Shown here: piece after piece, positions 12,511-25,464 of the stretch
Layout: every line of letters begins with the position of its first letter
Position numbering within the stretch: the first letter of the stretch is position 1
Assembly (NCBI GenBank): GCA_951406725.2
Contig: OX597822.1
Location: forward strand, 76,632,001-76,696,000
Reading direction: 5' to 3'
From: Octopus vulgaris
Lineage: Eukaryota
Length of the DNA stretch: 64,000 nucleotides
Made by a program: the position numbers and the translations under genes
Notes under the pieces: generated by a model
What the model was told of the DNA's origin: nothing
The model's database searches: none
The model's input: the letters and a program-made list of their open reading frames with translations, nothing else

Positions 12511-13010
12511 ACCTATATCATCAGAATTGATCATGCTTGGTCATCTATCAGGAAAGTGTAATGAATGTCACTACTGATTGGACCCTATGGAGCGGGGTTT
12601 CTGAGGACTCTACCCCCACCTCACAAGCCACGTATAGTGGGCAAAGAAGATGGGTGGCTTGGATCGTCATGATAATAAATCTTTGAACACAAAACTGGAT
12701 CAATCAAGGTCAAACTGACGATAAACAGCGTCAAATTCTCTTCAAACTTTGATGGCATTTGACTTCAGTCCATTTCTAAACATCCTCCCATGACTTGAAT
12801 GAATAAACTATTGCCATGGAATTTCTTGTCATTCTTTCGACCGAAATTGATACGTCCATTGATGCCACTGCACCAGCAGCAACAGAAGTTGCAATAGCTG
12901 CAGCAGCAGCAACTGCATCTTCTTTTGCTTTGCATCTGTAGGCGTTACTATTGCAACTAATATGCTTGGCCTTGCTTCCTTCTGCTTTTGTTACCACATC
13001 TGATGTTGAC

Positions 13011-13012
<2 letters not shown>

Positions 13013-13070
<58 letters not shown>

Positions 13071-13173
13071 GCTCCTCTCATATCCTTCACAAACAAAAGA
13101 AATCATCATCATTATTATTATTATTATTATTATTGTACTTCTTCCTCTTCTTCTTCTTCATCTTCTTCTTCTT

Positions 13174-13232
<59 letters not shown>

Positions 13233-13336
13233 TAATTGCCCCCCGCCTCACTCATCTTTCGCCCTGGTGGCAATCAAAAGAAACCATTACTATTATTATT
13301 GTTGTTGTTATTATTGTTGTTGTTGTTGTTGTTTTT

Positions 13337-13404
<68 letters not shown>

Positions 13405-13415
13405 CATTATTATTA

Positions 13416-13459
<44 letters not shown>

Positions 13460-13620
13460 GCCCCCCCCCCCATCCTTTGTCCAGGTGGCAAACAAAAGAA
13501 ATCATTAATATTATTGTTGTTGTTCTTCTTCTTTTTCTTCTTCTTCTTCTTGCTGTTGCTGTTTTTCTTCTTGTTGTTGTTGTTGTTCTTCTTATTATTA
13601 TTGTTGTTATTGTTGCAGTC
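13013..13620. repeat. Compound (ATT)n/(TCT)n/(GTT)n trinucleotide array with higher-order structure
   Basis: The spacer CAAAAGAAA(T/C)CAT recurs at ~13094, ~13275 and ~13493. Confidence 0.9.
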
Positions 13621-14037
13621 TTTGCTATTGACATTAGTTTGTAAAAGGCCAGCACAAACATCTGTCATTTTTTACAACTGTTTAGTGATGCCTGACAGTG
13701 CTGTTGTCACCTTGAGGCTTTTCTAATACGGTGATTCTAATTTATGAAATTTTGGCCATACATTACTCAGCAAATTACACCAACATTACAGAGTTGGATG
13801 ACGCTAAAGCTATATCGTCCATGGAAGCACAACAAATATTGCTTTCCATTGCACTTCCACAAAACAATAATTCTTTAACCGCCTCCCCTATACATTCGTT
13901 GATGTGTCAATGTCGACTACAAAATGAAAATATGAAATGTAAGTCCCTACCTCTTCCTCTTCCCTTCATTTCTTCCTTGCAGCTTTCCATCCCCCTCATT
14001 CCTTGTCCCCCTCAGCCCAACCCATTTTTATATATAT

Positions 14038-14412
14038 ATCACATGGTCCCAAGTTCAGTCCCGCAGCGTGGTGCCTTGGGCAAGTGTCTTCTACTAGAGC
14101 CTTGGGCCGACCAAAGCCTTGTGAGTGGATTTGGTAGATAGAAATTAGAAGAAGCCCGTCATATATGTACATATATGTATATGTATGTGTATGTATATGT
14201 TTGTGTGTGTATATGTTTGTGTGTTTGTGTTTGTCCTCCCAACATCACTTGACAACTGATGCCAGTGTGTTTACATCCCTGTAACTTAGCAGTTCGGCAA
14301 AAGAAACCGATAGAATAAGTACTAGGCTTACAAAGAATAAGCTCTGAGGTCGATTTGCTCGACTAAAGGCGGTGCTCCAGCATGGCCACAATTAAATGAC
14401 TGAAACAAGTAA
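14038..14412 (+). mobile_element. SINE family A
   Basis: Near-consensus body and tail. Confidence 0.9.
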
Positions 14413-14628
14413 GATAGTATATATACACATACACACATATATACATAGTATTCAAATTGAAGATATAGCTGCGAAATGTACGTAGTCTATTTACTAATTA
14501 TATACAGTTTATTTATTATTATGTATTTTATTGTGATCTAGATGAATGTTTTATAATATATTTTATTTTTTCTATATGGTGTAATTTACATCTATCATTG
14601 TTGGAATTACACAATAGTGTTTTTTCTC

Positions 14629-14667
<39 letters not shown>

Positions 14668-14670
<3 letters not shown>

Positions 14671-14892
14671 GTTTGGCCAAAAATCACCTGACAGTAAATC
14701 AAAATTTCATGAGTATTTAATATTCAATTTCATTTGTTTATTCCAATTATGAATGTTGAATAATTGAATGCTGAGAGTTTTTTCTTCTCAACATTTGTCT
14801 ATTTATTAAGCGAAGTCTGATATAAAATATTTTTTTCTTAAATCTTGGACTAGAATGTTGATTTACTATCGGATGACCTTTGACCAACCCTG
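14668..14892. mobile_element. Tc1/mariner-type MITE
   Basis: Imperfect ~35-bp TIRs CAGGTTTGGCCAAAAATCACCTGACAGTAAATCAA / TTGATTTACTATCGGATGACCTTTGACCAACCCTG, flanked by TA on both sides. Confidence 0.8.
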
Positions 14893-15114
14893 TATGTATG
14901 TAAATATAAAGGCAACAAGATGTCAGAATCATTAGCATGCCAGGCAAAATACTTGGCAGTGTTTTGCCCATTTGTACATTCTGAGTTGAAGTACTGATGA
15001 GATCCATAAAGCAAGTACCAGTCATATACTGGGCATGATGTAATTAACTACCCTCTCCCCCCAAGATTTCAGACCTTTTACTTATAGTACAAAGTATGTA
15101 TGTATGTGTGTATG

Positions 15115-15470
15115 TGCTGGAGCACCGTCTTTAGTCAATCAAATCGACCCCAGGACTTATTCTTTGTAAGCCTGGTACTTATTCTATTGGTCTCTTTTGC
15201 TGAACTGCTAAGTTATGGGTACGTAAACACACCAATAACAGTTGTCAAGCAATGGTGGGGGTGGGGTGGCAAATACAGACACACAAATACATACATACAT
15301 ATATGATGGGCTTCTTTTAGTTTCTGTCTACCAAATCCACTCCCAAGGCTGTGGTTGGCCTAAGGCTACAGTAGAAGACACTTGACCAAGGTGCCACGCA
15401 TTGGGACTGAACCCAGGACCACATGCTTGGAAATCAAACTTTTAATCCACGCTACTGCACATGCACCTAT
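15115..15470 (-). mobile_element. SINE family A
   Basis: Collinear with the family consensus seen in the window. Confidence 0.85.
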
Positions 15471-15775
15471 ATGATATGAAAGGGAAAAAGCTGACATGTG
15501 ATTTGAACTTGCAAAGTAAAGATTCAGAAAGAAATACTGCAAAGCAGTTTCTTTTTGAGGCTGTAGTAATTCTGCCAACATTGAAAAGAGAGGGGGAGGA
15601 GGAGGAGGCGGTGGAGAATGAGGAGAAGAAGGAGGAGGACTTGAGGAAGAGACAAAGTGGTGGGGAGAAAGAGGGGGAAAAGAGGCAAAGGAGGAGAAAG
15701 AGACGTAGGGAGAAAGTAGAGGAGAAGGAAGATGAGATTAAGTGGTGGAAGATGATGAAGGAGAAGAAAAGAAGA

Positions 15776-15807
<32 letters not shown>

Positions 15808-16700
15808 AGTAATAATGATGTTCGTTAAATAAATCAGGCATAAGTTAAAATAAAAAAAGACAAATAAATACATATTTGAAGGTGGGCATTAAAAAAATAA
15901 ATATTTAAAAATCAAACAATATACAAAAAGAAAAAAATAATGGAATAAAAATAAAACAAACAGAACTAAAGAAAAATCCTTACTCCTTCCAGGATATTAA
16001 AAAAAAAATGTATGTGTATGTGTTGTGTGCATGTGTGTGTGCGAGCGCTTGCACGCGTGTGTGTGTTTGTATTAGTGTAGTGCTAAGAGTAAACATTTTC
16101 ATGCCTCATTGCTTCTGTTGACCTTAACCATCTACTGGAAATGTTAGTGGCATTGAACAAATGCAATGAAGCAGTAAATGTTGAATTGCTTGACATTTTT
16201 TTATACTTTGGACATCATTGTGTGCAATTTTCTTGTTGAAAAATTCAGCAAGTATTGTTTAACCATTGAAATACTAAAGCCAAACTTGAATGTTATTGTC
16301 TCCATTGACTTTTGGGTTCAACATTGTTAAAAATATTGGTTTAGTTTGTCTTGAATGGAAGGTTATTGTAGAAGAGAGAAGACATTTCTTTCTGTCTTTC
16401 GGATGATATTAATATTTTTTTCACATTTGAGAGCAAATGGAACAAGAAGAAAAGGAAGAGGGAAAAAGGCAAAATGGGAAATTCATTGTCATTTTCCTGG
16501 TAAAATTCTGTGACATTACCTATTTGTTTTTGGTTATTTTACTTGTGTGTGTGAGAGAGAGAGTGTGTGTGTGTGTGTGTGTGTGCGTGTCTATGTGAGA
16601 CAAAAAGAATGTTCTGTGTATGTATGAGTCTGCATAGGTGTGTATGTGTGTGCAAGTAGCTCTGTATCTCAGAATATGTGAATAAATATATGCATTCATG

Positions 16701-16766
<66 letters not shown>

Positions 16767-17259
16767 CGCATCTGGATTGGTGTGTGTGTATTCTTTAAAT
16801 GTATGTTAAGTACATATATATATAAGTATGCATGTATGTATATACATACATTAATGTGTGTGTGTGTGTGTGTGTGTAGATTGTTATAGATTTTACAAAT
16901 TAAGAAAAAGGAGAAAGTCAAAATTTTGGATAATTATTTATTTAGCAGTTGCATCTCATTTTCAGAGATTCGTCATGAATGATTTATTTGCACTCGATAT
17001 TCATGCAATTTAAATATATATGAGGTAGATGAAAAAATTTGGAGTTGAATTAGGAAGAAAATGTTCTTCATTATTTTGAACCTGCATGTTTGTATAATAT
17101 ATGTGTGTGTGTGTGTGTATGTATATATGTGTGCATGTAAGTGTGTGTGTGTATGTATATATGTGTGTATGTATGTGTGTGTGTGAACGTATGTGTGGTG
17201 AATTTTTGGAGACTTGGTTAGAGAAATAAATTGGGAAAAAGAAAGAGAAGAAATAAATG

Positions 17260-17297
<38 letters not shown>

Positions 17298-17349
17298 TGT
17301 TCCTCATTCTAGCATGTGTAATCATAAATCCTTCCTACTCTATACACAT

Positions 17350-17990
17350 TTTTCTCTCCCTTCAGTTTTTCTTGTCAATCCTTTCTGTTGGAGAGTATAG
17401 GCTTCAAATGCCAAAGACTTTTCCATTCTTCGTGAACATCAAACTAATAGAACTGCTGTCTTCATCTTTTGTTTTCTGTAAATTTTAATTATGTATTACA
17501 TATGCTCATGTGGTCACCCCACTTTGATCCTGCCTGACTGAACTTCCTCCTCTCTGGGACTCTCATTTCTCCTACATTCTTCTCAAACTTTCGGTACTTC
17601 TCATCAACCACCTAACCATCACTCCATCAAAATTACAATTGGATCTCCATATTTTTTGGACTCTACCACCATGGATCTTACTGGCTCCTTTTTTTTATGT
17701 ATATCACACTAATCATCCATGACTTCTCCAACTTTCTGTACTTAGCGTTGCCATTTTCTCTCTTATCTTTTTTTATCTCCTATTCCTCATTCCAGCATGC
17801 CTAATCACAAATTTTTCATAATCCCTACATATTTCTTTCTCTCACAGTTTTTGGATTCTCTCTCCATTTTTTCCTCTCGGCTCTTTTTGCTGCAGAGCTT
17901 GAAACATCAAAAACTTTTCTATTCTTCCTGAACATCACACAAACACACCTTTTTGTCTTCATCTTTTGTTTTCTGTAAATTTTGAACTAT
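17350..17990 (+). mobile_element. Probable Penelope-like remnant with two degenerate direct terminal repeats (~17350-17490, ~17860-17990)
   Basis: Both ends share ...AAGACTTTTC(C/T)ATTCTTC..GAACATCA...GTCTTCATCTTTTGTTTTCTGTAAATTTT. Degenerate hammerhead-like CTTTCTGTTGGAGAG-TATAG-GCTT(C/G)AAA motif. Related copy at ~59140-59275 (-). Confidence 0.5.
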
Positions 17991-18929
17991 AGTGTGTTTT
18001 ATTTTAATTTATTGCATGCTTATCTTTCTTTATTTTCTATATATTTTTTTTCTCAATTACTTCCTGTTTGTATCCCCAGTCTAGCAACTTAATCTATTCC
18101 GTACCATTCCTCATTTCTTCGCAATGCATCTTAGATACGTCTACTATCAACATGCTTTAATTAAACTTAAGAGTGAAATGTCACTTTTGTAACGAGAAAC
18201 TAAGTTATATCACCTGCAGAGATGCTTCTGCACTGCGGAGTACATTGGAATTCATTGCCCAACCCAACCACAAGACAGTTTTGAAGGATGTTTTGAAATC
18301 ACAATTGTGATAAATAAAATTTCCAATATATTTTATCTTCCATACCAGTTGTTTCTGCTATACTCACTGTGCACTGTGAGATCCAGAGACGAGTGTGTAA
18401 TTACCATGGATACTGTTGGTAGCCATAACCTGTGAATGTGCTTTCCTGGTAAACTACTAGGGACACGCCCAAAATGCAGTTTCGATTTTAAATTTAAATC
18501 TAAACTTCAATTATAACTTATATACATGTATATATATATATCATCATCATCATCATCCTTTAACGTCCACTCTCCATGCTGGTATGGGTAAGATGCTTGA
18601 TCGAAGCTGATGAGCCAAAGAGCTACACTAGGTTCCAGTTTAATTTGGGAAAGTTTCTATAGCTGGATGCCCTTCCTAATGCCAACCACTCCAGGAGTGT
18701 AAAGAGTACCTTTACATGCCAATGGCAGGGGTCCTCTTTACATGACCTCACCAATGACTATGACTAATAGACTAAGGAGACTAAGGAGGCCCACCTGCAC
18801 CTACAATGCTAACATTTAATTTTTTTGTTTTTTTGTTAAAAGTATTCTTTTCAACTGTCTACAAACACAGCCAGGCTGAAATAATTAATGTATTCTTCCA
18901 GGAGTGAATAAAAAACCTCAAAATTGAGA

Positions 18930-19240
18930 GGGCATGGGCCCCTTAGATACTAACATGGGTCTGCATATATGGATTCTAACGGCCCAGGGGCCCTCTTACC
19001 ATCAGGCAAGCTGGCAATTTGGGCCAGTCTGCCACTAATCATGATGACAATTTTCACTCTTACATAGAGACTCACACACACACACACACACACATGAAAC
19101 TTAGGGGATGGGCCCCTTAGATACTAACATGGGTTTGCATATATGGATTCTAGTGGCACAGGGGCCCACTTACCATCAGGCAAGCTGGCAATTTTCCACG
19201 ACAATTTTCACTCTTACATAGAGACTCACACACACACACT
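18930..19240. repeat. Local tandem duplication of ~170 bp ending in (CA)n
   Basis: GGGCCCCTTAGATACTAACATGGG...ACCATCAGGCAAGCTGGCAATTT...ACAATTTTCACTCTTACATAGAGACTCACAC occurs twice. Confidence 0.9.
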
Positions 19241-19384
19241 GAAAATGCATGCCATGTTATCTAATACTCCAATGATTCTGCTACCAGTCCAGTGTTCTTT
19301 AAATTTCGTGCACCTCCACCCCCTGTTGAATGTTGCTTGCTACCTACAAACCTTCACATATAAAACATAACAACAGGTGTCTTA

Positions 19385-19590
19385 TTTGTGTGTTTTTATC
19401 TATCTCTCCACCATTGCTTGACAACCGATGTTGGCATGTTTACGTCTCCATAACTTAGCAGTTTGGCAAAAGACACCGATAGAATAAATACTGGGCTTAC
19501 AAAGAATAACTCCTGGGGTTGATTTGTTCGACTAAAGGCAATGCTCCAGCATGGCCACAGTCAAATGACTGAAACAAGTAAAAGAATATT
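19385..19590 (+). mobile_element. SINE family A, 3' half
   Basis: Tail similarity; apparent donor of the insert at 21995-22048. Confidence 0.85.
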
Positions 19591-19827
19591 ATTTTCAAGA
19601 TCAATTGCAACAAAAACAGTGTATTTCAACAGAGATATGGTAACAAAAGAGTTAAGTTAATAGTAATTGTAGTTTAGCCCATGGACAGCCCTGACTTGAA
19701 CAGACTTATGGTCAACTAAAGATGGTGCTTCAGCATGGCCACAGTCAAGTGACTGAAATAAGTAAAAGAATATATATATATATATAGATAGATAGATAGA
19801 TAGATAGATGAATAGATAGATAGATGA

Positions 19828-19874
<47 letters not shown>

Positions 19875-20008
19875 TATACACATATACATATGTAGGTACA
19901 CAGATATATATATATATATAGATATATATAAAGATATAGATATATATATACACACACACACACACACATATATGAGATGTATTGGTATCTAAAATATTTT
20001 CTCACATT

Positions 20009-20056
20009 GTCTCTGATGAAGGGATATTGACAATATCCCAGAAACAGCTGTAAGAC
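20009..20056 (+). ncRNA. Minimal type I hammerhead ribozyme motif (Penelope-like type)
   Basis: GTCT-CTGATGA-A-GGGATATTG(A)CAATATCCC-A-GAAA-CAGCTG-TA-AGAC. Stem I is GTCT/AGAC, stem II is long, stem III is palindromic and the predicted cleavage triplet is GUA. Confidence 0.7.
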
Positions 20057-20454
20057 CACTTCATTATAAATGTCCTGAAAGCTTCTCACAGCCTTGGATT
20101 TATTATCTCATTCTGTCTAATATATATGTATATATATATATATGTATGTATAGACGCATTCTTGCACAAATTCGATTTACACTCATGTACACATAAGCTA
20201 ACTCACAGATTGGTAAACTCAATGCACATACACACATACACACACACATGTACAAGGAAACAGATTCACACACATGCACATACGCACCCAAATATACAAG
20301 GCCAGTCATGTCCCTTTCTCTGCCTTTTATACCTCCTCCTTCACCCCCTGTTGCTATAGCTGTAGGAAGAATGCTGCAATTTTTCAGATGAGCAGAGAAA
20401 TCTGTCAAGATTTATTAATTGGTTATTTCTACTACGGTTACTACGGATATTTAA

Positions 20455-20900
20455 CATCACCATCAGCAATGCCGACATCATCATCAATACCATCATTGTC
20501 ATCATCTTTTCATCATCACCATCATCATTACTATTATCATTATCATCATCCTCACCATCATCATTATTATTATCATCATCATCATCCTCACCATCATCAT
20601 TATTATCATCATCATCTTCATCACTATCACCATCATTGCCATTCTTGTCTTCGTCATCGTCAGCCTCATCATCATCATTATGTCACCATCACCATCACCA
20701 TCATTACCATTCTCATCATCATCACCATCATTGTCATCATCATTACCATCATTGTCATCATCATCATCTTTACATCATCACCATCATCATCAGCACCACC
20801 CATCATAATCATTACCATCATTGACATTCCTGTTGTCATCGTCCTCCTCATCATCATCACCATCATCATCATTACCATCATGAATAACAGCAGCCTCACA
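20455..20900. repeat. Degenerate (CAT/CAC/TAT)n trinucleotide tract
   Basis: Seen directly; source of the His/Ile/Ser-rich ORFs. Confidence 0.95.
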
Positions 20901-21784
20901 GTTATCATCCTTTTCAACATCAATATCAGCTGCAATGGTGAAAATGACACCTTTGCATTGTACTGCAATGTGGGCTGTTGTTGTTGGTGTTGCCATCGTT
21001 GCAGTTGTTGTTATTGTTGTAACCATTATTGTTTTTTTTGTCATAGATGTTGTTATTGTCAATGCTGTTGTCACCGTCACTCTGGTCAATCTCATTGATG
21101 TCGGTTGTCATTTTGCTTATCATTGACATGCTTATTACAGTTGTTTAGCCACAGGTCAGCTCTCATCCAGCAGGTTTATGATCCAACACATTCCATTTAT
21201 GACCAACTTGCCTTTTCGTCCAAGGCCACAGTACACCAAGAATCATATTATCCAATGTGTCCTTCATTTCATAAAATGACATAGTATGATTTGAGATAGA
21301 TCTAGCAGCTATTTCTAGCACACTGAAAGACCATATAGTGGTTCCTACATTAGCTTTATAATAAGACTAAAACTGCCTCCATTAATGAATAGTACTTTAT
21401 TACCTCCGCCAAGGAAGGACGTTATGTTTTCATTGTTTTATCAGGTTTGAAGGGCAAAAAGCAAAGCTGACCTTGGGTAGGATTTGAACTCAGAACCAAA
21501 TGTCTGTAATTAAGTACAGCAGGCTTTTATCCAATTCTTCCTACTATAGGCATAAAGCCACAAATTATGTTGGGGTAGGGCTAGTCGATTACATTGACCC
21601 CAATGTTTAACTGGTACTTACTTAATCAACCCTAATGCTCAGGTTAATCGTATTGTATCAACCCCAGTATGCAACTGGTACTTAATTTATTGACCTTGAA
21701 AGAATGAAAGGCAAAGTCGACTTGGGTGGTATTTGAACCCAGAATATAAAAATGTAAGAAATGCCATCTGACATGCTAACAACC

Positions 21785-22230
21785 CTTTCTGTTGGAGAGT
21801 ATAGGCTTGAAATGCCAAAGACTTTTCCATTCTTCATGAACATCAAACTAATACACCTGCTTGTCTTCGTCTTTTGTTTTCTGTAAATTTGAATTATGTA
21901 TTACACAAGCTTACGTGGTCACCCCACTTTGATCCTGCCTGACTGAAATTCCTCCTCTCTTGGACTCTCTCCTATCTTCTTCTCAAACTTTCGGTACGTC
22001 TCCATAACTTAGCAGTTTGGCAAAAGACACCAATAGAATAAATACTGGATACCTCGCTTCATCCACCTAACCATCACTCCATCCAAATTACAATTGGATC
22101 TCCATACTTTTTTGGATTCTACCACCATGGATCTTACTGGCTCCTTTTTTTTTTATGTATATCACACTAATCTACCATGACTTCTTGAACTTTCTGAACT
22201 TTACATTGCTATTTTCCCTCTTTTTTATCA
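21785..22230 (+). repeat. Second copy of ~17381-17790 (Penelope-like remnant) carrying a 54-bp insert
   Basis: Collinear high similarity, e.g. GTGGTCACCCCACTTTGATCCTGCCTGACTGAA and CTACCACCATGGATCTTACTGGCTCC. Confidence 0.85.
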
Positions 22231-22465
22231 TTTTCATCTCCTGCATTTATATATATTTTTTCCCTTGATTTTTTTTTTTACTTTGCCTAATGTTCTGACT
22301 CAGCATTTTGTTTGATTTTTGACTCATATGATTCTCTTTCTGTCGGATACTCCAGCAATTCTAATTATGATCTGATGCTCCCAAAATTCATCTTTTTATT
22401 CTACATTCTACCATTTTTCTTCATTTTCTAATCAATATCTCAGCATTTCATTTTAAGCTCTAACA

Positions 22466-22812
22466 CAGTGATTCTCAACCGGAGCCCATATGACTCTTAA
22501 GAGTCCACATAAGATTTTGCAGGGGCCCACATCACAAAATAATAAATTGGCAATCCACACTATTATTCTAGGGCCCCTGAAAAGAAATTTGCTTTAGATG
22601 TATGTATTGGTTTGTATTGTAAGAAACAGGCAGGTTGCTTTCTCTAACATTTTACATATTTCAGCCTACACACATTAATGTAGGATAAGCAAAATAGGAA
22701 TTTTGAAAGAACTTCATATACAACTAGTTTTTAAAAATCAAATGGCTATGGAGATCCAGAATAAAATTGTCTTCAAAGAGGTGCATAGATAAAAATTGAT
22801 TGAAAAACCCTG
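22466..22812. mobile_element. hAT (Charlie-like) MITE with 8-bp TSD
   Basis: TIRs CAGTGATTCTCAACC / GATTGAAAAACCCTG; TSD CTCTAACA at 22458-22465 and 22813-22820. Confidence 0.85.
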
Positions 22813-24379
22813 CTCTAACATTTCTCTGTTTTTTTCTGATACTTCAATTACTTTATTGATTCATCAATGATTAAATTGACTTCAGTGCCTGACTGGTATT
22901 TTATTTATCTTATTTTTACTTATATATATTTATTCATTTCCCCCGAACCCCCAGGTTGTATTGGCACTAAGAATATAAACGAATGTAATTAAATTCTGTA
23001 AGGCATTAATCTGGCACTCAACTAAATCTGCCACTACCATGCCATTTTGCTATAGAGATAATTATATCAATAACAGTTAATATATGATTAATTAATTAAT
23101 AAGTGTGTAATAACAAAAAGACTCTGACTTTGTTTGAGCCTATCTATTGTAAAGTGAGAGTTGTATTAATTTTAAAAACAATGAAATATCTTCATTAGAC
23201 ACTTGTTCATACCAATATCTTTTGAGTAAAACCATCTTTGTTTCCAGATATTTTTATGTACCATGGGGACTGGTACAACCTGTTGCATCGTCAGGTTGTC
23301 AGAGACTAAACTAGCACCTACACTAGGCTTGCCTGGTGAGGAGCCTTACAAGAAACCCAGCAGGACTGAAAACATGACCAGTCAAAAGAATGGATGTGTA
23401 TGTGTGTGTGTGTGTGTGTGTGTGTCTTTGTACTAAGAGTATAACATACTGAAAGGAAACTGGCCTGAAATATATGCAAATATCAACAAACGTATGACAT
23501 TTACAAAACAAACACCAGCAACCTTAGACACAATGCCTGAAGCCTTCTGGACATCACAAAAGGGCATAAGAGATTCCGTTTATGTGTTTATCTATTTATA
23601 TGACATCCTGGTATTTCTTTTAATATTTCTTTCTCTTCCATGTTCTTTCTCTTGTGACCTGTATCTTCCAATCACCATCTTCTCTGCCAGATCACCTTTC
23701 CTGACACCTTTGTTCCTCTCTCTTTCTCTCTCTCTCACGTACGCACACACATATAAACACAGATCAGTCCTACTTCGATAAAGGGTCCTATTGTTAACAT
23801 TTTGTTTTTATTTCATCTGATAGCACACCAGCGTTCCTATATCTTTTCAGCGTACATTTCCGATCAGCTTCTTGCTGATGTGAACCATCACTAACTCACC
23901 GTTCCTGGAGATTATCTTTAGAGACTTTTGTTTGTTGCCAGAGAAAGGGTGGGGAGAGGATGGAGAGATGGAGAGGTAAGCTGTAGAGAAAGGAGAGGAG
24001 AGAAAGATAAAAGACTCAGACAAGCAGACAGACAGACAGACAGACAGTAAGCCATGCAGGATGGAAGAGAAAGATAAAAAAAATAATTAGAGAAATAGAG
24101 ACAAGAAGCTGTGGAGAAAGGAGGGGAGAGAAAAATAACAGGGAGAGAGAGTGAACAGGAGTGAGAGAGAGAGAGAGATACAGTAAACTGAAGAGAAAGG
24201 AGGTAAAGATAAAACTATAGAGAGGGGGAGAGAGAGAGAGAGTTTGAAAATAGGACAATGAGAGGTGGTTTAGAAGGAGATAGTTTGGATAATGGTGATG
24301 AAGGTATTGAAGATGATGGTGGTGAATAAAGCCTGTGGCATATTAGACATGATGGCCAAAGGTAGAAACAGAAATTGTT

Positions 24380-24641
24380 GCCAGGTAGAGAGAGAGAGAG
24401 AGAGAGACAGACTGACAGACAGAGAAAGGAATAGATAGCTAGACAGACAGACAGATGGATAGATGGTAGATAGATGGATGGGTAGATAGCAGGATTGATG
24501 GATGGATAGATACAGACAGACTGACAGATAGATAGATGGGTGGATAGATAGATAGATAGGCATATGGATGGATGGACGGATGGATGGACAGGTAAATCGA
24601 TAGATAGAAAGATAGATAAATAAATTAATGGCTAGATAGAC

Positions 24642-24672
<31 letters not shown>

Positions 24673-24690
24673 TAGATAGACACAGAGAGC
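24380..24690. repeat. Mixed (GA)n/(GATA)n/(GACA)n/(GGAT)n tract
   Basis: Seen directly. Confidence 0.9.
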
Positions 24691-25165
24691 AAGGGAGGCG
24701 AGTAGAAGGTAAAGATTCTTATATTAAACCAACATTTGGCTAGAGGATGAAGAATAAAATTTATAAGATTCTATGAAAGAAGAAGAAAAAGAAGAATAGC
24801 TACTGAGAGGTGGGAATATATAAAAGTACTATTTATAGAGAGCTATAATGGCCCAAAGTCAGACTAGCTGCTCTGTAGACACAATCAATTAGACATGACC
24901 ATATATCAATATAAATATATATCAATGAATGGATGACTGGTGTGGTTGATATTATATTGTAATACTGTGATCTTAAACTATGTAATAAACGTAATGAACA
25001 ATGGGTCACAGCTAGAAATTTAGGGCGACAGCCATCTTGCTCAACCAAGCCATCTTGCTTGGAATTAAGCAATACAAATATACGTGTGTATATGCATGCA
25101 TACAGACAGATGCACACATAGAAACATATTAGTATACACGTGTGTGTGTATAGATACATATATGG

Positions 25166-25216
<51 letters not shown>

Positions 25217-25401
25217 TATATATAATCATCCATATGCTCACAAACACAAAAACATACAAGCAAATACATATGTATACATTTACATACATACATTCATATA
25301 TATACACACACATTTACATACATACACAATTATGCTCACACATTTTCATCCATACATATATATATACATATATACATTCATACATATGCATATACATGCA
25401 C

Positions 25402-25464
<63 letters not shown>

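Noticed and set aside
15461-15832. Glu/Lys/Arg-rich ORF
   Set aside because: Purine-rich low-complexity tract ending in (GAT)n.
16106-16170. Possible pre-miRNA hairpin (TCATTGC...GCAATGA)
   Set aside because: Too many internal mismatches and bulges for a credible precursor.
20274-21098. 274-aa His/Ile/Cys-rich ORF
   Set aside because: It comes from degenerate (CAT)n and (TGT)n tracts and has no domain or splice support.
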